Part shown: one piece after another, positions 19,244-29,007 of the stretch
Position numbering within the stretch: the stretch's first letter is position 1
Layout of the letters: every line of letters begins with the position of its first letter
Assembly (NCBI RefSeq): GCF_022352215.1
Contig: NZ_JAKRWF010000003.1
Coordinates: 165,854-229,853 of the forward strand
Origin: Flavihumibacter cheonanensis
Lineage (GTDB): Bacteria > Bacteroidota > Bacteroidia > Chitinophagales > Chitinophagaceae
DNA: 64,000 bases
Direction: 5' to 3'
Program-made: the position numbers and the translations under genes
The notes under the pieces: generated by a model
What the model saw: only the letters and a program-made list of their open reading frames with translations
Told to the model about the DNA's origin: nothing
Database searches by the model: none

Positions 19244-19734
19244 TAGAAGTCGTCCTCTTCATCGTCGAAGCCGGTGTCATTGAATAAATCAAGATCTTTA
19301 AAATCATCATCAAGACCCAGATCATCCTCTTCTTTACCAGGCTTCTTGGTTCCGGTACTTTTTTTGGTTTTTGATTTAGGCAGATCAAATTCCTCAAAAT
19401 CAGGATCCCAATCGTCCTCTTCCTCTACCTTTTCCCAATCATCATCCTCCAGATCATCCGTATCTTCTTCCTCCTCCTCGTCATCCTCGTCTTTTTTGGA
19501 TTTTGCCGATTTGGATGCTTTCTTGGAAGCTTTTGGAGTTTCCTCCTCATCTTCCAACTCATCCTCCTCGTCTTCCATTTTTTTCTTGGATTTAGAAGAA
19601 GTTTTCTTTACCGGCTCATCACTGGACGAAGCCTTCGGGGTAGTCTTTTTTTCCTTATCAGATTTAGCAGCCATAGCACAAAAGGGATTACATTGTAAAT
19701 TTTCAGCGTTCTTGTTAAATAGCCAAATTTTCAA
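19243..19734 (-). CDS. Highly acidic, low-complexity (D/E/K/S-rich) disordered protein ending in DDEEDDF. The true start may be the internal MAAKS at 19674.
   Basis: The ORF shows strong compositional bias. Its stop overlaps the pabB start (TAATG), which implies translational coupling. Confidence 0.5.
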   Translation of the reverse strand: MKIWLFNKNAENLQCNPFCAMAAKSDKEKKTTPKASSSDEPVKKTSSKSKKKMEDEEDELEDEEETPKASKKASKSAKSKKDEDDEEEEEDTDDLEDDDWEKVEEEDDWDPDFEEFDLPKSKTKKSTGTKKPGKEEDDLGLDDDFKDLDLFNDTGFDDEEDDF

Positions 19735-19760
19735 CTAATAATTTTTAGCGCTTACCAGAT

Positions 19761-21023
19761 TTATAAGGTAACAATCTGATCGCGACCAGGTCCATTAGAA
19801 ATATGACTAACGTCTGCTCCAACAAACTTATTGATGAAGGAGACATATTCTTTCATGGATGCAGGTAAATCCGCCGGATTTTTCAACTGGCTGGTATCCT
19901 GGTTCCATCCTGCTAATGCCTTCAGTACAGGTTTGATCTGGTGACGGGTCATCTGGAATGGGATATAAGGTGTTTCCTTACCATCCACTTCATAAGCCGT
20001 ACAAACCTGGAGTTCCTTGAATTGGTCCAAAACATCCGCCTTGGTCATAATTACTTTGGTAACACCATTGATCATACAGGCATATTTAAGGGCTACCAGG
20101 TCAATCCATCCACAACGACGGGGACGTCCGGTAGTTGCCCCAAATTCATTGCCCAGTTTGCGCAATTCTTCACCGGTTTCATCCATCAGCTCAGTTGGGA
20201 ATGGTCCTCCGCCTACACGTGTACAATAAGCTTTTGTTACCCCCATCACTTCACGGATTTTTTGCGGTGCTACACCCAGACCATTGCATACACCCGAGGT
20301 AGTAGTGTTGGATGAAGTTACGAAGGGGAAGGTACCGAAATCAATATCCAGCATACTGCCCTGGGCTCCTTCTGCCAGTACTTTTTTACCAGCTGCCATT
20401 TGTTCATTGATGAAATATTCGCCATTCACCACGTTCAGGCTGCGCAGGAATTCAATTGCTTCAAAGAATTCTTCCTCCCAGGCAGTGATATCTTCCTGGA
20501 AATTAAAATTATCCAGCAAACGCTGGTGCTTCAGCCGTAAACGGATATAGGAAGTGGTAAAGTTTTTATCGAGCAGGTCTCCCACACGCAAACCATTTCT
20601 ACCGGTTTTATCCATATATGCAGGACCAATACCTTTCAAAGTAGAGCCGATCTTATCGTTTCCTTTTTGCAATTCAGAAGCCTTATCCAATGCACGATGT
20701 GTAGGCAGGATCAGGTGCGTGCGATGAGAGATAAACATATTCTTACGTACATCCACCCCAAAACTTTTTACCGTTTCACATTCTCTTTTCAGAGTTACCG
20801 GATCCAGCACCACACCATTGCCGATCAGATTGATGGTATTTTCATGAAATACTCCGGAAGGGATCTGGTGTAATACTACTTTTTTACCCTCTACATAGAG
20901 CGTATGTCCGGCGTTCGGGCCTCCCTGGAAGCGCGCGATGATATCGTATTGAGGAGCGAAATAATCAACAATTTTCCCCTTCCCTTCATCGCCCCACTGG
21001 AGGCCTAAAATTGCATCTACCAT
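19761..21023 (-). CDS. purA: Adenylosuccinate synthetase
   Basis: It has the N-terminal GLQWGDEGKGK P-loop and a full-length 420-aa PurA pattern. Confidence 0.95.
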   Translation of the reverse strand: MVDAILGLQWGDEGKGKIVDYFAPQYDIIARFQGGPNAGHTLYVEGKKVVLHQIPSGVFHENTINLIGNGVVLDPVTLKRECETVKSFGVDVRKNMFISHRTHLILPTHRALDKASELQKGNDKIGSTLKGIGPAYMDKTGRNGLRVGDLLDKNFTTSYIRLRLKHQRLLDNFNFQEDITAWEEEFFEAIEFLRSLNVVNGEYFINEQMAAGKKVLAEGAQGSMLDIDFGTFPFVTSSNTTTSGVCNGLGVAPQKIREVMGVTKAYCTRVGGGPFPTELMDETGEELRKLGNEFGATTGRPRRCGWIDLVALKYACMINGVTKVIMTKADVLDQFKELQVCTAYEVDGKETPYIPFQMTRHQIKPVLKALAGWNQDTSQLKNPADLPASMKEYVSFINKFVGADVSHISNGPGRDQIVTL

Positions 21024-21103
21024 TTTTATAATTTGACTGCTTGCTTGTAATCAGGCAGCAAAAATAGGTGGATCAGACTCAAATAAAAAACCTGATTCGG
21101 GAA

Positions 21104-21147
21104 ATAAAAAAAGTCGGAAGAAATCCACCTTTCGGGATTCTTCCGAC
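21104..21147 (-). terminator. Rho-independent terminator downstream of the SusD-like gene (minus strand)
   Basis: A perfect 10-bp stem GTCGGAAGAA/TTCTTCCGAC at 21113-21147 is preceded on the plus strand by an A-run, which is a T-run on the minus strand. Confidence 0.6.
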
Positions 21148-21185
21148 TATCAAATTATTAGTATAACCAAAAACTCTTACCCGCT

Positions 21186-22601
21186 TTATTGACAAGGGTT
21201 TACACTATCCCAGTCGGCTTCAGCACGAGGTATGTGAAATTTTTCAAATACCGAATGTGAAGGTTTATCAAGTGGCAGCGTATTCAGCTTATTGTAGCGT
21301 CGCATATCAAACCAGCGATGCCCTTCCATGAACAGGGAATACCGGCGTTGGTGCAGCAGCTCATCAATCAGGGCATTCTTATTTCCGATGGTACCCGGTT
21401 TTGCAATGGCCAATGCAGCCAAACCATTTTGTGTGCGAATATAATCCAGCGCTGTAACTGCCGCAGCCAGTTCATCTTTTTGCAGTTTTGCTTCTGCATA
21501 CATCAGGATCAATTCTTCATTGCGAAGAAATTTAACCGGTGAAGTATTCGTTGCAAACATCTGTACTTCATGGGTCATGAGAGGATAATCCGGTGGTGCA
21601 GTAGCAGTGGTACGCTGCCGAACTCTTGCCGTTCCTCCTTCTGCCATGCTGGCTCCGAAGACCCTTTTATCGCCCGCTTCTGCCTCGGGAACAAAATCAG
21701 ACTGCACCAGAATCGGTGTACTGTTGTTTTCAATACTGCGCCAGATGGGATTGGTTTCATCACCCAGTATGGTTGAATAAAGGAAAGTCGGTCCAACATT
21801 CAAATCTCCATCGAGATCCAGGAACGACTGATTGAGGGTGGTTTCCAGGGTATTCCAGTCCTGCTGATAAAGGGCAATGCGGGCTGCAACAGCACGATTG
21901 AATTGCTTGAATCCACCAATGGTTGCAAGATCACCCCATCCATCTACCATTGGGAAAGGAAACTCAGCAGTACCAGCCTGCTCCAGGGCAGCCAGACCTT
22001 CATCTGCCAGTCCTTTCAGGTAGGTGAGGGATTCTGTATAGTTCTTAAAACAACCCGGTTTCAGCAGATCGCCTTCTGTACTCAGATCCGAAAAGCTGGT
22101 CCGGATTCCATTGGCCCCCATCATGTTCAGACAGTTCAGCATAACATAGGCCTGAACAGTTTTACCGAAACCTTTCGCGGCAGCTTTTTCAGTATCTGAT
22201 AAAGCTGCAGTGTTGGCAGCAGACTGCAGCATGATTTCAGCCCGGCGACGGGTTTGATTGAAATTCGAATACCAGCCATACATAATACCGGCTGCATCCA
22301 GTGGAATTTCTCCCTGCAGCTCCCGGTAATAGCGGCTTTCCGTCTGAGCAAAATACACTACTTCACGACCGATGGAACCTGACCAGGCCCGAAAGGAGAA
22401 GACACCATCCCGCATAACCGACTGAACACCTACTCCCAACTGGCTGATCTGCTGTCGGGTGGCATTTCTCAATACCGATTCCTGGGTTGGTGCATTGGGA
22501 TTGGGAACATAATCCGTTTTGGTACAGGAACTCAATTGTACCGCTGCCAGGGCCAATACAAGCAACTGGCTTTTATAAATTCGTTTCATCATTACTATCA
22601 A
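21186..22601 (-). CDS. SusD/RagB-family nutrient-binding outer-membrane lipoprotein
   Basis: It has a lipoprotein signal (LSSC) and a SusD-like TPR-rich body, and lies immediately downstream of a SusC-like gene. Confidence 0.85.
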   Translation of the reverse strand: MIVMMKRIYKSQLLVLALAAVQLSSCTKTDYVPNPNAPTQESVLRNATRQQISQLGVGVQSVMRDGVFSFRAWSGSIGREVVYFAQTESRYYRELQGEIPLDAAGIMYGWYSNFNQTRRRAEIMLQSAANTAALSDTEKAAAKGFGKTVQAYVMLNCLNMMGANGIRTSFSDLSTEGDLLKPGCFKNYTESLTYLKGLADEGLAALEQAGTAEFPFPMVDGWGDLATIGGFKQFNRAVAARIALYQQDWNTLETTLNQSFLDLDGDLNVGPTFLYSTILGDETNPIWRSIENNSTPILVQSDFVPEAEAGDKRVFGASMAEGGTARVRQRTTATAPPDYPLMTHEVQMFATNTSPVKFLRNEELILMYAEAKLQKDELAAAVTALDYIRTQNGLAALAIAKPGTIGNKNALIDELLHQRRYSLFMEGHRWFDMRRYNKLNTLPLDKPSHSVFEKFHIPRAEADWDSVNPCQ

Positions 22602-22603
22602 TT

Positions 22604-25579
22604 TTATAATCCGATATTGAGGTGAAAGAAATAGCGCTTGGCAAGCGGGAAGGGGGCCAGGTCAACACCACCAGTAAGCGCACCACCGGCGTTACCTGTA
22701 TTGAAGTTGGAAACTTCCGGGTCGTACCCGTAGTAATCGGTAATGGTTACCAGGTTCTGCGCAGAGAATCCCAGTCGTACACTTTGTATCACTTTTCCGA
22801 AGCCAGACTCCAGGAACTTTGTTGGAACCGTATAATACAGACCCAATTCCCGGAGGCGGATATAACTCGCGTCAAAAACGAAATTGGTGATCTCTGAGCC
22901 CTGGCGTTCAATGCCTACCGGATCTCCGGATTTACCTATCGTGCTCCAGTCTTTAGTAGTACCTCCCTCATCTTTCAGCAAGCGGGTAAGGGAGGCATTG
23001 TAACCACCCTGACTGGTATGCCAAAGCATATTGAAATCAAAGTTTTTCGCAAAGCGGATATTGTTATTCCAGCTTAACTGAAAATCAGGCTGGTAATCTT
23101 TGTAGCGAACGGTATTTCCGGCAGTATCCACCCCCCACCATGCTGTGGGCGAAGTTCCGAGTGCGATTCGTTTTCTGCCATAGGTACCGAAACCGGAACT
23201 CGCTACATAAGAAGGCGGAATTGCGAGGCGGGTAACTTCTGTCCGGTTATTCCAGAATTGAATGGAGCTGCTCCAGTCGAAGTTGGCTCGCTTGATGATC
23301 TGTGCATTCAGACCAATCTCTATACCCTTGTTTACAAGGTCTCCTACCGGGAACAGTTTGATGGAGGTTACGCCGGTACCAGGTGCAAGAGTATAGGGAT
23401 ATAAAAAGTCTTTCACTTTTTTACTATACCAGGTTGCTTCAAGAGTAATACGATTTTGCAGGAATCCCAGGTCCAGACCGAATTCGATTTCCTGTGCACG
23501 TTCAGGGTCCAGTGCACTCAATCCAAGTAAGGTAGGCGGTATGGAGCCAAGCTCTCCTCCATAGTTGACCCCCAGCAGATTGGAATACACAGCATCAAAA
23601 GAAGGGAATCCGGAAGCTTCACCATAAGCGGCACGTGGTTTCACCTGCGTTATGACATTAGAATTCCAGAAACCGAAATTCGCTACGTTGATTGCAACGG
23701 CAGCCCTTGGGTAATAATAGTATTTGTCAAAATTGAGTCCGGACAAAGTTGATTTATCTGCTCTTACTCCTACCCTTCCAATGATCTTATCGTCCCAGTT
23801 CAATTCCTGGCTGGCATCAAATGCTACCACGCTACTGCGGTTGATGATATTGCCCGAAGTTACCCGCTGTGCTATACTGGGGTTACGTTGGGCTGGCAAT
23901 AAGCCTTCTCCCTGTATATAGGATTGATCCGTCCGCTGATCATCGCGCAGGAATACAAGTCCTGTGGTGAGTTCGAGGTTTTTGCCAACGGTGGTATTGA
24001 AATTGAGTCCTGCCTGCATATAGGTATAGCGGGATTTATTCGTAGTCAAACGAATTGCGCCTTTCAATGCTGCTTCCCGCATCAGTTGCAGATCTTCCGG
24101 TAAATAAACGGTTGGCTCGGATACCAGGAAGTCAACGCCACCACGCAGACCTAACTTGAGGGTTGACTTACCCCTGGAAAGCAGCTTGATGTTCATCTCC
24201 CCGGAATTTAGAAAGCGATTGGTTTTTTCAATATTCTCCGCACGATCCACAATTTCCATCGGGTTCTGAGCGCGGCCTGGAATCAATGGATAGGATCCAT
24301 CTGGCCGACGAGCGATATCCAGGAAATTAGGGATGTACGGCAGGTGGTAGGTTAATGAAACACCGTTATTGTCATTTCCTGTAAAACCTCTGCTTGCATA
24401 GGAATTGATAAAATTACTGCTCACTTTAAAATCGATCCGGTCCGTCAGCTTGTGATCCAGGTTCATTCGAAAGGATTTCCGGGTATAGCCGGTTTTTTTC
24501 TGAATACCGGTTTCCCGCTGGTAAGATCCTGCGATATAGTAACGGGTACGATCGTTTCCGCCCGACACATTCAGGCTGGTATTGTTGATTTTTCCAGTAT
24601 GACCCCAGACCATTTTTTCATAATCCCAGGTACGGCCATTGGCGGCATCAAAAAGATCAAGTGCGTCCTCTTCGGAAATATTATATGCGCCACCATAGGT
24701 CTGGATCTTTTCTCTCGACCAGTCGGATGATCCCAGGAATTTGCTGGCTTTGGTAAACCCTGCATCCTGATTGATGGTAATACGTGCTTTACCGGTTTTA
24801 CCTCTTTTGGTAGTTATTACAATCACGCCTGCGCCCGCCCTTGAACCATAAATTGCAGAAGCGGAAGGCCCCTTCAGCACTTCCACACTTTCAATATCAG
24901 CCGGATTGATATCCGCAATCCGGTTCGGAGCCTGGTCTTGTGTACCGGCATCGAGGCCGGTGGCACCGGTAAATGCGCGGGTACCCGTTCCCGTTGCAAA
25001 CTGATCGTTGTTAACAATAACACCATCTATCACGAATAATGGTTGGGATGAACCAGCAACGGTAGATACACCTCTTAAGCGTATACTCACGCCACCTCCG
25101 GGTGCACCAGAGTTAGCAGTAATCTGTGCGCCGGGAATCTTTCCACTGATTGCACCATCCAGGGTAGGCGGACGAGTGGAACCAGTAAGCTCTTTGGCAC
25201 TGATTCTGGCCACCGAGTTGGCAGCATTTGATTTCTTGATGGTTGATGCCAATCCGGTTACTACTACTTCATTTAAATTGGAGTCATCCTCTTTTAATTG
25301 AATAAGCAGTTCTCCTGAACGGATGGAAACTACCTGGGTTTGAAATCCAACAAAGGATACTTCCAACCGGTTGGAGCCTGCAGGCACCGAAATGGTAAAA
25401 TTTCCGTTTTCATCTGATTGGGTGGATGTTTGTGCGCCTCTCACCTGTACGGTAGCGCCCTGCAATGGGTTTCCTGCAGGATCTGTAATCCTGCCTTTCA
25501 CAGTTTGCTGTGCAGCAGCCAGCAGTGGCAATACCAGTCCCAGCAGGACAGGCAGCCAGGTCCCGAAAAATCTTCTCAT
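22604..25579 (-). CDS. SusC/RagA-family TonB-dependent outer-membrane receptor
   Basis: It is 991 aa with a signal peptide, a carboxypeptidase-regulatory-like N-domain, a TonB plug and barrel, and a C-terminal aromatic residue. Confidence 0.9.
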   Translation of the reverse strand: MRRFFGTWLPVLLGLVLPLLAAAQQTVKGRITDPAGNPLQGATVQVRGAQTSTQSDENGNFTISVPAGSNRLEVSFVGFQTQVVSIRSGELLIQLKEDDSNLNEVVVTGLASTIKKSNAANSVARISAKELTGSTRPPTLDGAISGKIPGAQITANSGAPGGGVSIRLRGVSTVAGSSQPLFVIDGVIVNNDQFATGTGTRAFTGATGLDAGTQDQAPNRIADINPADIESVEVLKGPSASAIYGSRAGAGVIVITTKRGKTGKARITINQDAGFTKASKFLGSSDWSREKIQTYGGAYNISEEDALDLFDAANGRTWDYEKMVWGHTGKINNTSLNVSGGNDRTRYYIAGSYQRETGIQKKTGYTRKSFRMNLDHKLTDRIDFKVSSNFINSYASRGFTGNDNNGVSLTYHLPYIPNFLDIARRPDGSYPLIPGRAQNPMEIVDRAENIEKTNRFLNSGEMNIKLLSRGKSTLKLGLRGGVDFLVSEPTVYLPEDLQLMREAALKGAIRLTTNKSRYTYMQAGLNFNTTVGKNLELTTGLVFLRDDQRTDQSYIQGEGLLPAQRNPSIAQRVTSGNIINRSSVVAFDASQELNWDDKIIGRVGVRADKSTLSGLNFDKYYYYPRAAVAINVANFGFWNSNVITQVKPRAAYGEASGFPSFDAVYSNLLGVNYGGELGSIPPTLLGLSALDPERAQEIEFGLDLGFLQNRITLEATWYSKKVKDFLYPYTLAPGTGVTSIKLFPVGDLVNKGIEIGLNAQIIKRANFDWSSSIQFWNNRTEVTRLAIPPSYVASSGFGTYGRKRIALGTSPTAWWGVDTAGNTVRYKDYQPDFQLSWNNNIRFAKNFDFNMLWHTSQGGYNASLTRLLKDEGGTTKDWSTIGKSGDPVGIERQGSEITNFVFDASYIRLRELGLYYTVPTKFLESGFGKVIQSVRLGFSAQNLVTITDYYGYDPEVSNFNTGNAGGALTGGVDLAPFPLAKRYFFHLNIGL

Positions 25580-25775
25580 GAATTCATTTTGATTTGGTGT
25601 TTACAATGCCTCAACAATTAATAAATTGTTAAGACGATAACGGGGACACTGACTGCTTGCAAACCGGAAGCGTTGCAGAGAAATCTTACCACTCATCACG
25701 AAAAAAGGGCCTTGAAAAGATTGTGCTTATCAAGACCCCAAACAATTTGAGACCATCTTATCGTGAACCAAAAAA

Positions 25776-28013
25776 TCAGCTTAATTCTGCATCGAAACGA
25801 TCCACACTGTGAATACCACTCAGTGCTTTCAGGCGGGCAACCAACTCATCTAGTTCTTCCTTATCATGAACGAATACTTTGATAGCACCTCTGAAGATAC
25901 CTTCTTTCGCTTCAATGGACAGCGCACTGATATTGATTTTCATTTCACCCGAAATCAGGTTCGTGATTTTGTTTACAACCCCCACATCATCAAGGCCAAT
26001 GATATTGAGTCCGGTCAGGAAAGAAATCTCTTTATTTTTTGCCCATTTTGTTTTCACTACTCTATGACCATAATTCGCAAGTAGCTTGGATGCATTTGGA
26101 CAATTGGTACGATGAATAGTAAGTCCTTTTCCGGTGGTTACAAAACCAAATACATCATCACCCGGAATCGGCTTGCAGCAATTTGCCAGATTGTACATAA
26201 TCTTATCACTGCTTTCCCCGAAGATGATCAGTTCTGTATCTTTTTTGGAGAAATCACTGATGGTGGGATGCTCATTTTTTTCTTCTACCGGTTTTACTGG
26301 TTTGGGCGCTTCCAGTTTATCACCCAGCACATTGAATTCTGATAATTCTTTCAAATCGATCCCACGGGTAGCCACCTGGTAGAAAAAATCGAGCAGTGAA
26401 GGTTGCTTGTAAAACTCTGCTAGTATCTCCGTATTGTGGGTGGAGAAACCGGCTCCCATTCCTTCCAACTTCCGTTGTACAATGTATTTACCATCCTCTG
26501 CAATTTTCCTTTTCTCTTCCTTCAGGGCATCCTTGATCTTGGTTTTAGCTTTGGCAGTTACTACAAAGTTGAGCCAATCTTCCGAAGGCTTCTGTTTATT
26601 GGAAGTAATGATCTCGATCTGATCACCGCTTCTGAGTTTATGACTAAGCGGAACCAGTTTATGATTTACTTTGGCACCAATACAACGGGCACCCACAGCC
26701 GAATGTATGGAGAAGGCGAAATCAAGCGCTGTTGAGCCTACAGGCAGCATTTTCACATCACCTTTGGGCGTATACACATAAATCTCTTCTGCCAGAAAAC
26801 TGGTTTTGAAATCCTGTAAAAAATCGACAGAATCGTTATCGGGTGTTTGCAGCACTTCGCGGATCTGGTGAAACCATTTATCAAAACGGCTTTCATCTGC
26901 TGCCCCCTCCTTGTATTTCCAATGCGCGGCCAGTCCTTTCTCAGCGATCTCGTTCATGCGTTTCGTACGAATCTGTACTTCCACCCATTTTCCCTGCGGC
27001 CCCATCACAGTGGTATGGAGGGCTTCATAGCCATTGCTTTTGGGATTGCTGAGCCAGTCGCGAAGCCGCTCGGGTGATGGGGTGTATTCATCGGTGATCA
27101 TGGAGTACACTTTCCAGCAATCTTCTTTCTCCCGTTCTGTGGGTGAATCCAGAATAACTCGTATCGCAAAGAGATCATATACTTCCTCGAAGCTGACTCC
27201 TTTTTTCTTCATCTTATTCCAGATACTATGAATACTTTTAGGGCGGCCGTGAATTTCAAAATTGAAGCCGCTTTTTTCCATATTCTCCCGAAGCGGACGG
27301 ATGAATTCATTGATATAACGGGTGCGTTCTCTTTTAGTTTCTGCCAGTTTACGGGCTATCTCTTTGTACACATCGGGTTCCATGTATTTCATGGCAAGGT
27401 CTTCCATCTCCGTTTTAATGGTATAGAGCCCCATTCGATGTGCAAGCGGTGAATAAACGTAAACCGTTTCCGAAGCGATTTTGAGTTGTTTTTCCCGCTT
27501 CATGCTCTCAAGGGTGCGCATGTTGTGCAGGCGATCGGATAATTTGATTAGAATTACACGGGGATCATCGGTAAGCGTAAGCAGGATTTTTTTAAAATTT
27601 TCTGCCTGCTGAGAAGCGTTCACATCAATTACATTGGCGATTTTGGTTAGGCCATCTACAATACGGGCGATCTCGGACCCAAATTGCCGTTCAATATCAT
27701 CAAGAGTGATATCAGTATCTTCAACCGTATCATGCAAGAGGGAACAAATGGTAGAACGGACTCCCAGTCCTATTTCTTCCACGCAGATCCTCGCTACTGC
27801 AAGGGGGTGCAGGATATAGGGTTCCCCGCTTTTGCGACGCATGGTTTTATGTGCATCGGCAGCCATCTCAAAAGCTATGCGAACCAGTTCCTTATCGCCG
27901 GGTTTGAGTTTTGGTTTAAGGCATCGGAGCAAAGCCCGGTATTCCCTCAAGATCAACTTCTTTTCCTGCTCTTCAGTAAGATTATATTTCGGTATCACCG
28001 CTACTGTTTCCAT
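25776..28013 (-). CDS. relA: Bifunctional (p)ppGpp synthetase/hydrolase, RelA/SpoT homologue
   Basis: It is 745 aa with HD hydrolase, synthetase, TGS and ACT regions in order. Confidence 0.9.
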   Translation of the reverse strand: METVAVIPKYNLTEEQEKKLILREYRALLRCLKPKLKPGDKELVRIAFEMAADAHKTMRRKSGEPYILHPLAVARICVEEIGLGVRSTICSLLHDTVEDTDITLDDIERQFGSEIARIVDGLTKIANVIDVNASQQAENFKKILLTLTDDPRVILIKLSDRLHNMRTLESMKREKQLKIASETVYVYSPLAHRMGLYTIKTEMEDLAMKYMEPDVYKEIARKLAETKRERTRYINEFIRPLRENMEKSGFNFEIHGRPKSIHSIWNKMKKKGVSFEEVYDLFAIRVILDSPTEREKEDCWKVYSMITDEYTPSPERLRDWLSNPKSNGYEALHTTVMGPQGKWVEVQIRTKRMNEIAEKGLAAHWKYKEGAADESRFDKWFHQIREVLQTPDNDSVDFLQDFKTSFLAEEIYVYTPKGDVKMLPVGSTALDFAFSIHSAVGARCIGAKVNHKLVPLSHKLRSGDQIEIITSNKQKPSEDWLNFVVTAKAKTKIKDALKEEKRKIAEDGKYIVQRKLEGMGAGFSTHNTEILAEFYKQPSLLDFFYQVATRGIDLKELSEFNVLGDKLEAPKPVKPVEEKNEHPTISDFSKKDTELIIFGESSDKIMYNLANCCKPIPGDDVFGFVTTGKGLTIHRTNCPNASKLLANYGHRVVKTKWAKNKEISFLTGLNIIGLDDVGVVNKITNLISGEMKINISALSIEAKEGIFRGAIKVFVHDKEELDELVARLKALSGIHSVDRFDAELS

Positions 28014-28117
28014 ACATTACTTGCTCCTTATCAATATAATAAACAGTACGAATTTAAAGAAAAGAAGGATGTTTTCTTTTATTGGTGAAAACCACTACAT
28101 TTGCAGCCCCTGAGGGG

Positions 28118-28201
28118 ACGTGAGACGTGAGACGTGAGACGTGAGACGTGAGACGTGAGACGTGAGACGTGAGACGTGAGACGTGAGACGTGAGACGTGA
28201 G
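28118..28201. repeat. Perfect tandem microsatellite (ACGTGAG)x12, 4 nt upstream of tRNA-Leu
   Basis: There are 84 nt of exact 7-nt periodicity. The SHVSRLT-repeat ORF on the minus strand is a translation artefact of this array. Confidence 0.95.
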
Positions 28202-28205
28202 AGAA

Positions 28206-28287
28206 GCGGGCGTGGCGAAACTGGCAGACGCACCAGACTTAGGATCTGGCGCCGCGAGGCATGTAGGTTCGACTCCTATCGCCCGCA
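28206..28287 (+). tRNA. tRNA-Leu (anticodon UAG), class II with a long variable arm
   Basis: I folded the cloverleaf by hand. The acceptor stem is GCGGGCG/CGCCCGC. The anticodon stem is CCAGA/TCTGG with loop CTTAGGA. The T-arm is GTAGG-TTCGACT-CCTAT. CCA is not encoded. Confidence 0.85.
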
Positions 28288-28295
28288 CAAACGAA

Positions 28296-28326
28296 GCGAT
28301 CGTTCAATGAACGATCGCTTTTTTTA
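28296..28326 (+). terminator. Rho-independent terminator after tRNA-Leu
   Basis: A perfect 10-bp stem GCGATCGTTC/GAACGATCGC with a 3-nt loop is followed by T7. Confidence 0.7.
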
Positions 28327-29001
28327 TATCAGATGCTGGTATACGGCTACCAGTTTCCAAAAGCCGGTTTCAGGGCCAGGTTTCACCGGCAATTTCCGTA
28401 GCTCATTCAGCACGAATAAAAGCTGTTCATCCTGCCATTCAAAATTCCCAAGGATAAGTTCCTGATCAGTCAGAAAAAGTCCCTTTTTCCCAATACAGAG
28501 ATGGAAATTTTCTTCTGAAACTGCTTCAAAAACCAGTACATCCCTTGGTTGATACCCTGAAAATGAACTATGATGTACCATAGTTGATTGATACGAAACC
28601 GCCAGCAGGGAGTGATAATTAAGTTCCGGCAGTGTCAGTTTGGGGAAAATGTCCAGCTCTGTAAACTTTATTTCGCGGTAGGAAGCTTTTAAAAAGATCG
28701 TTTCGCTAAGAAAAGGAACCTGTCTTAGTTGCATTTGAAGGAGCCGCTGTTCTTCTTCCAGCAGTTTATCGCCATTGAATTGCAGTATTTCGTTGATAGT
28801 CAGGGTTCGGGTAATAAAGGCCTCAAGAGGTATGCAAAAATAATTGGCAATACGAAGTGCAGTTTCAAGTCGGGGTTCCGCCCTGTTCTCTTCATAGGAA
28901 GAGATATTTCCCCGGGTGAGTTCAAATAATTCGGCAAATGCCAATTGGCTTAGCCCTTTGGCTGTTCTAATTTTTTTAATATTGGCGCCGATCCTCGTCA
29001 T
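28324..29001 (-). CDS. XRE-family (Cro/C1-type HTH) transcriptional regulator with an uncharacterised C-terminal domain
   Basis: The N-terminal IKKIRTAKGLSQLAFAELFELTRGNISSYE matches the HTH_XRE pattern. It is divergent from the PspA/flotillin gene set. Confidence 0.7.
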   Translation of the reverse strand: MTRIGANIKKIRTAKGLSQLAFAELFELTRGNISSYEENRAEPRLETALRIANYFCIPLEAFITRTLTINEILQFNGDKLLEEEQRLLQMQLRQVPFLSETIFLKASYREIKFTELDIFPKLTLPELNYHSLLAVSYQSTMVHHSSFSGYQPRDVLVFEAVSEENFHLCIGKKGLFLTDQELILGNFEWQDEQLLFVLNELRKLPVKPGPETGFWKLVAVYQHLI

Positions 29002-29007
29002 TCACTC

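Noticed and set aside
19274-19738. Plus-strand 154-aa poly-Ser ORF
   Set aside because: It is antisense to the acidic D/E-rich ORF, and GAx/TCx complementarity generates the Ser runs. The minus-strand ORF is translationally coupled to pabB and is the better candidate.
28118-28201. Treating the heptamer arrays as a CRISPR array
   Set aside because: The units are 7 nt with no spacers and no cas genes. They are microsatellite-type tandem repeats.
28079-28288. Minus-strand 69-aa ORF encoding SHVSRLT heptad repeats
   Set aside because: It is a translation artefact of the (ACGTGAG)12 microsatellite, and it overlaps the tRNA-Leu gene.
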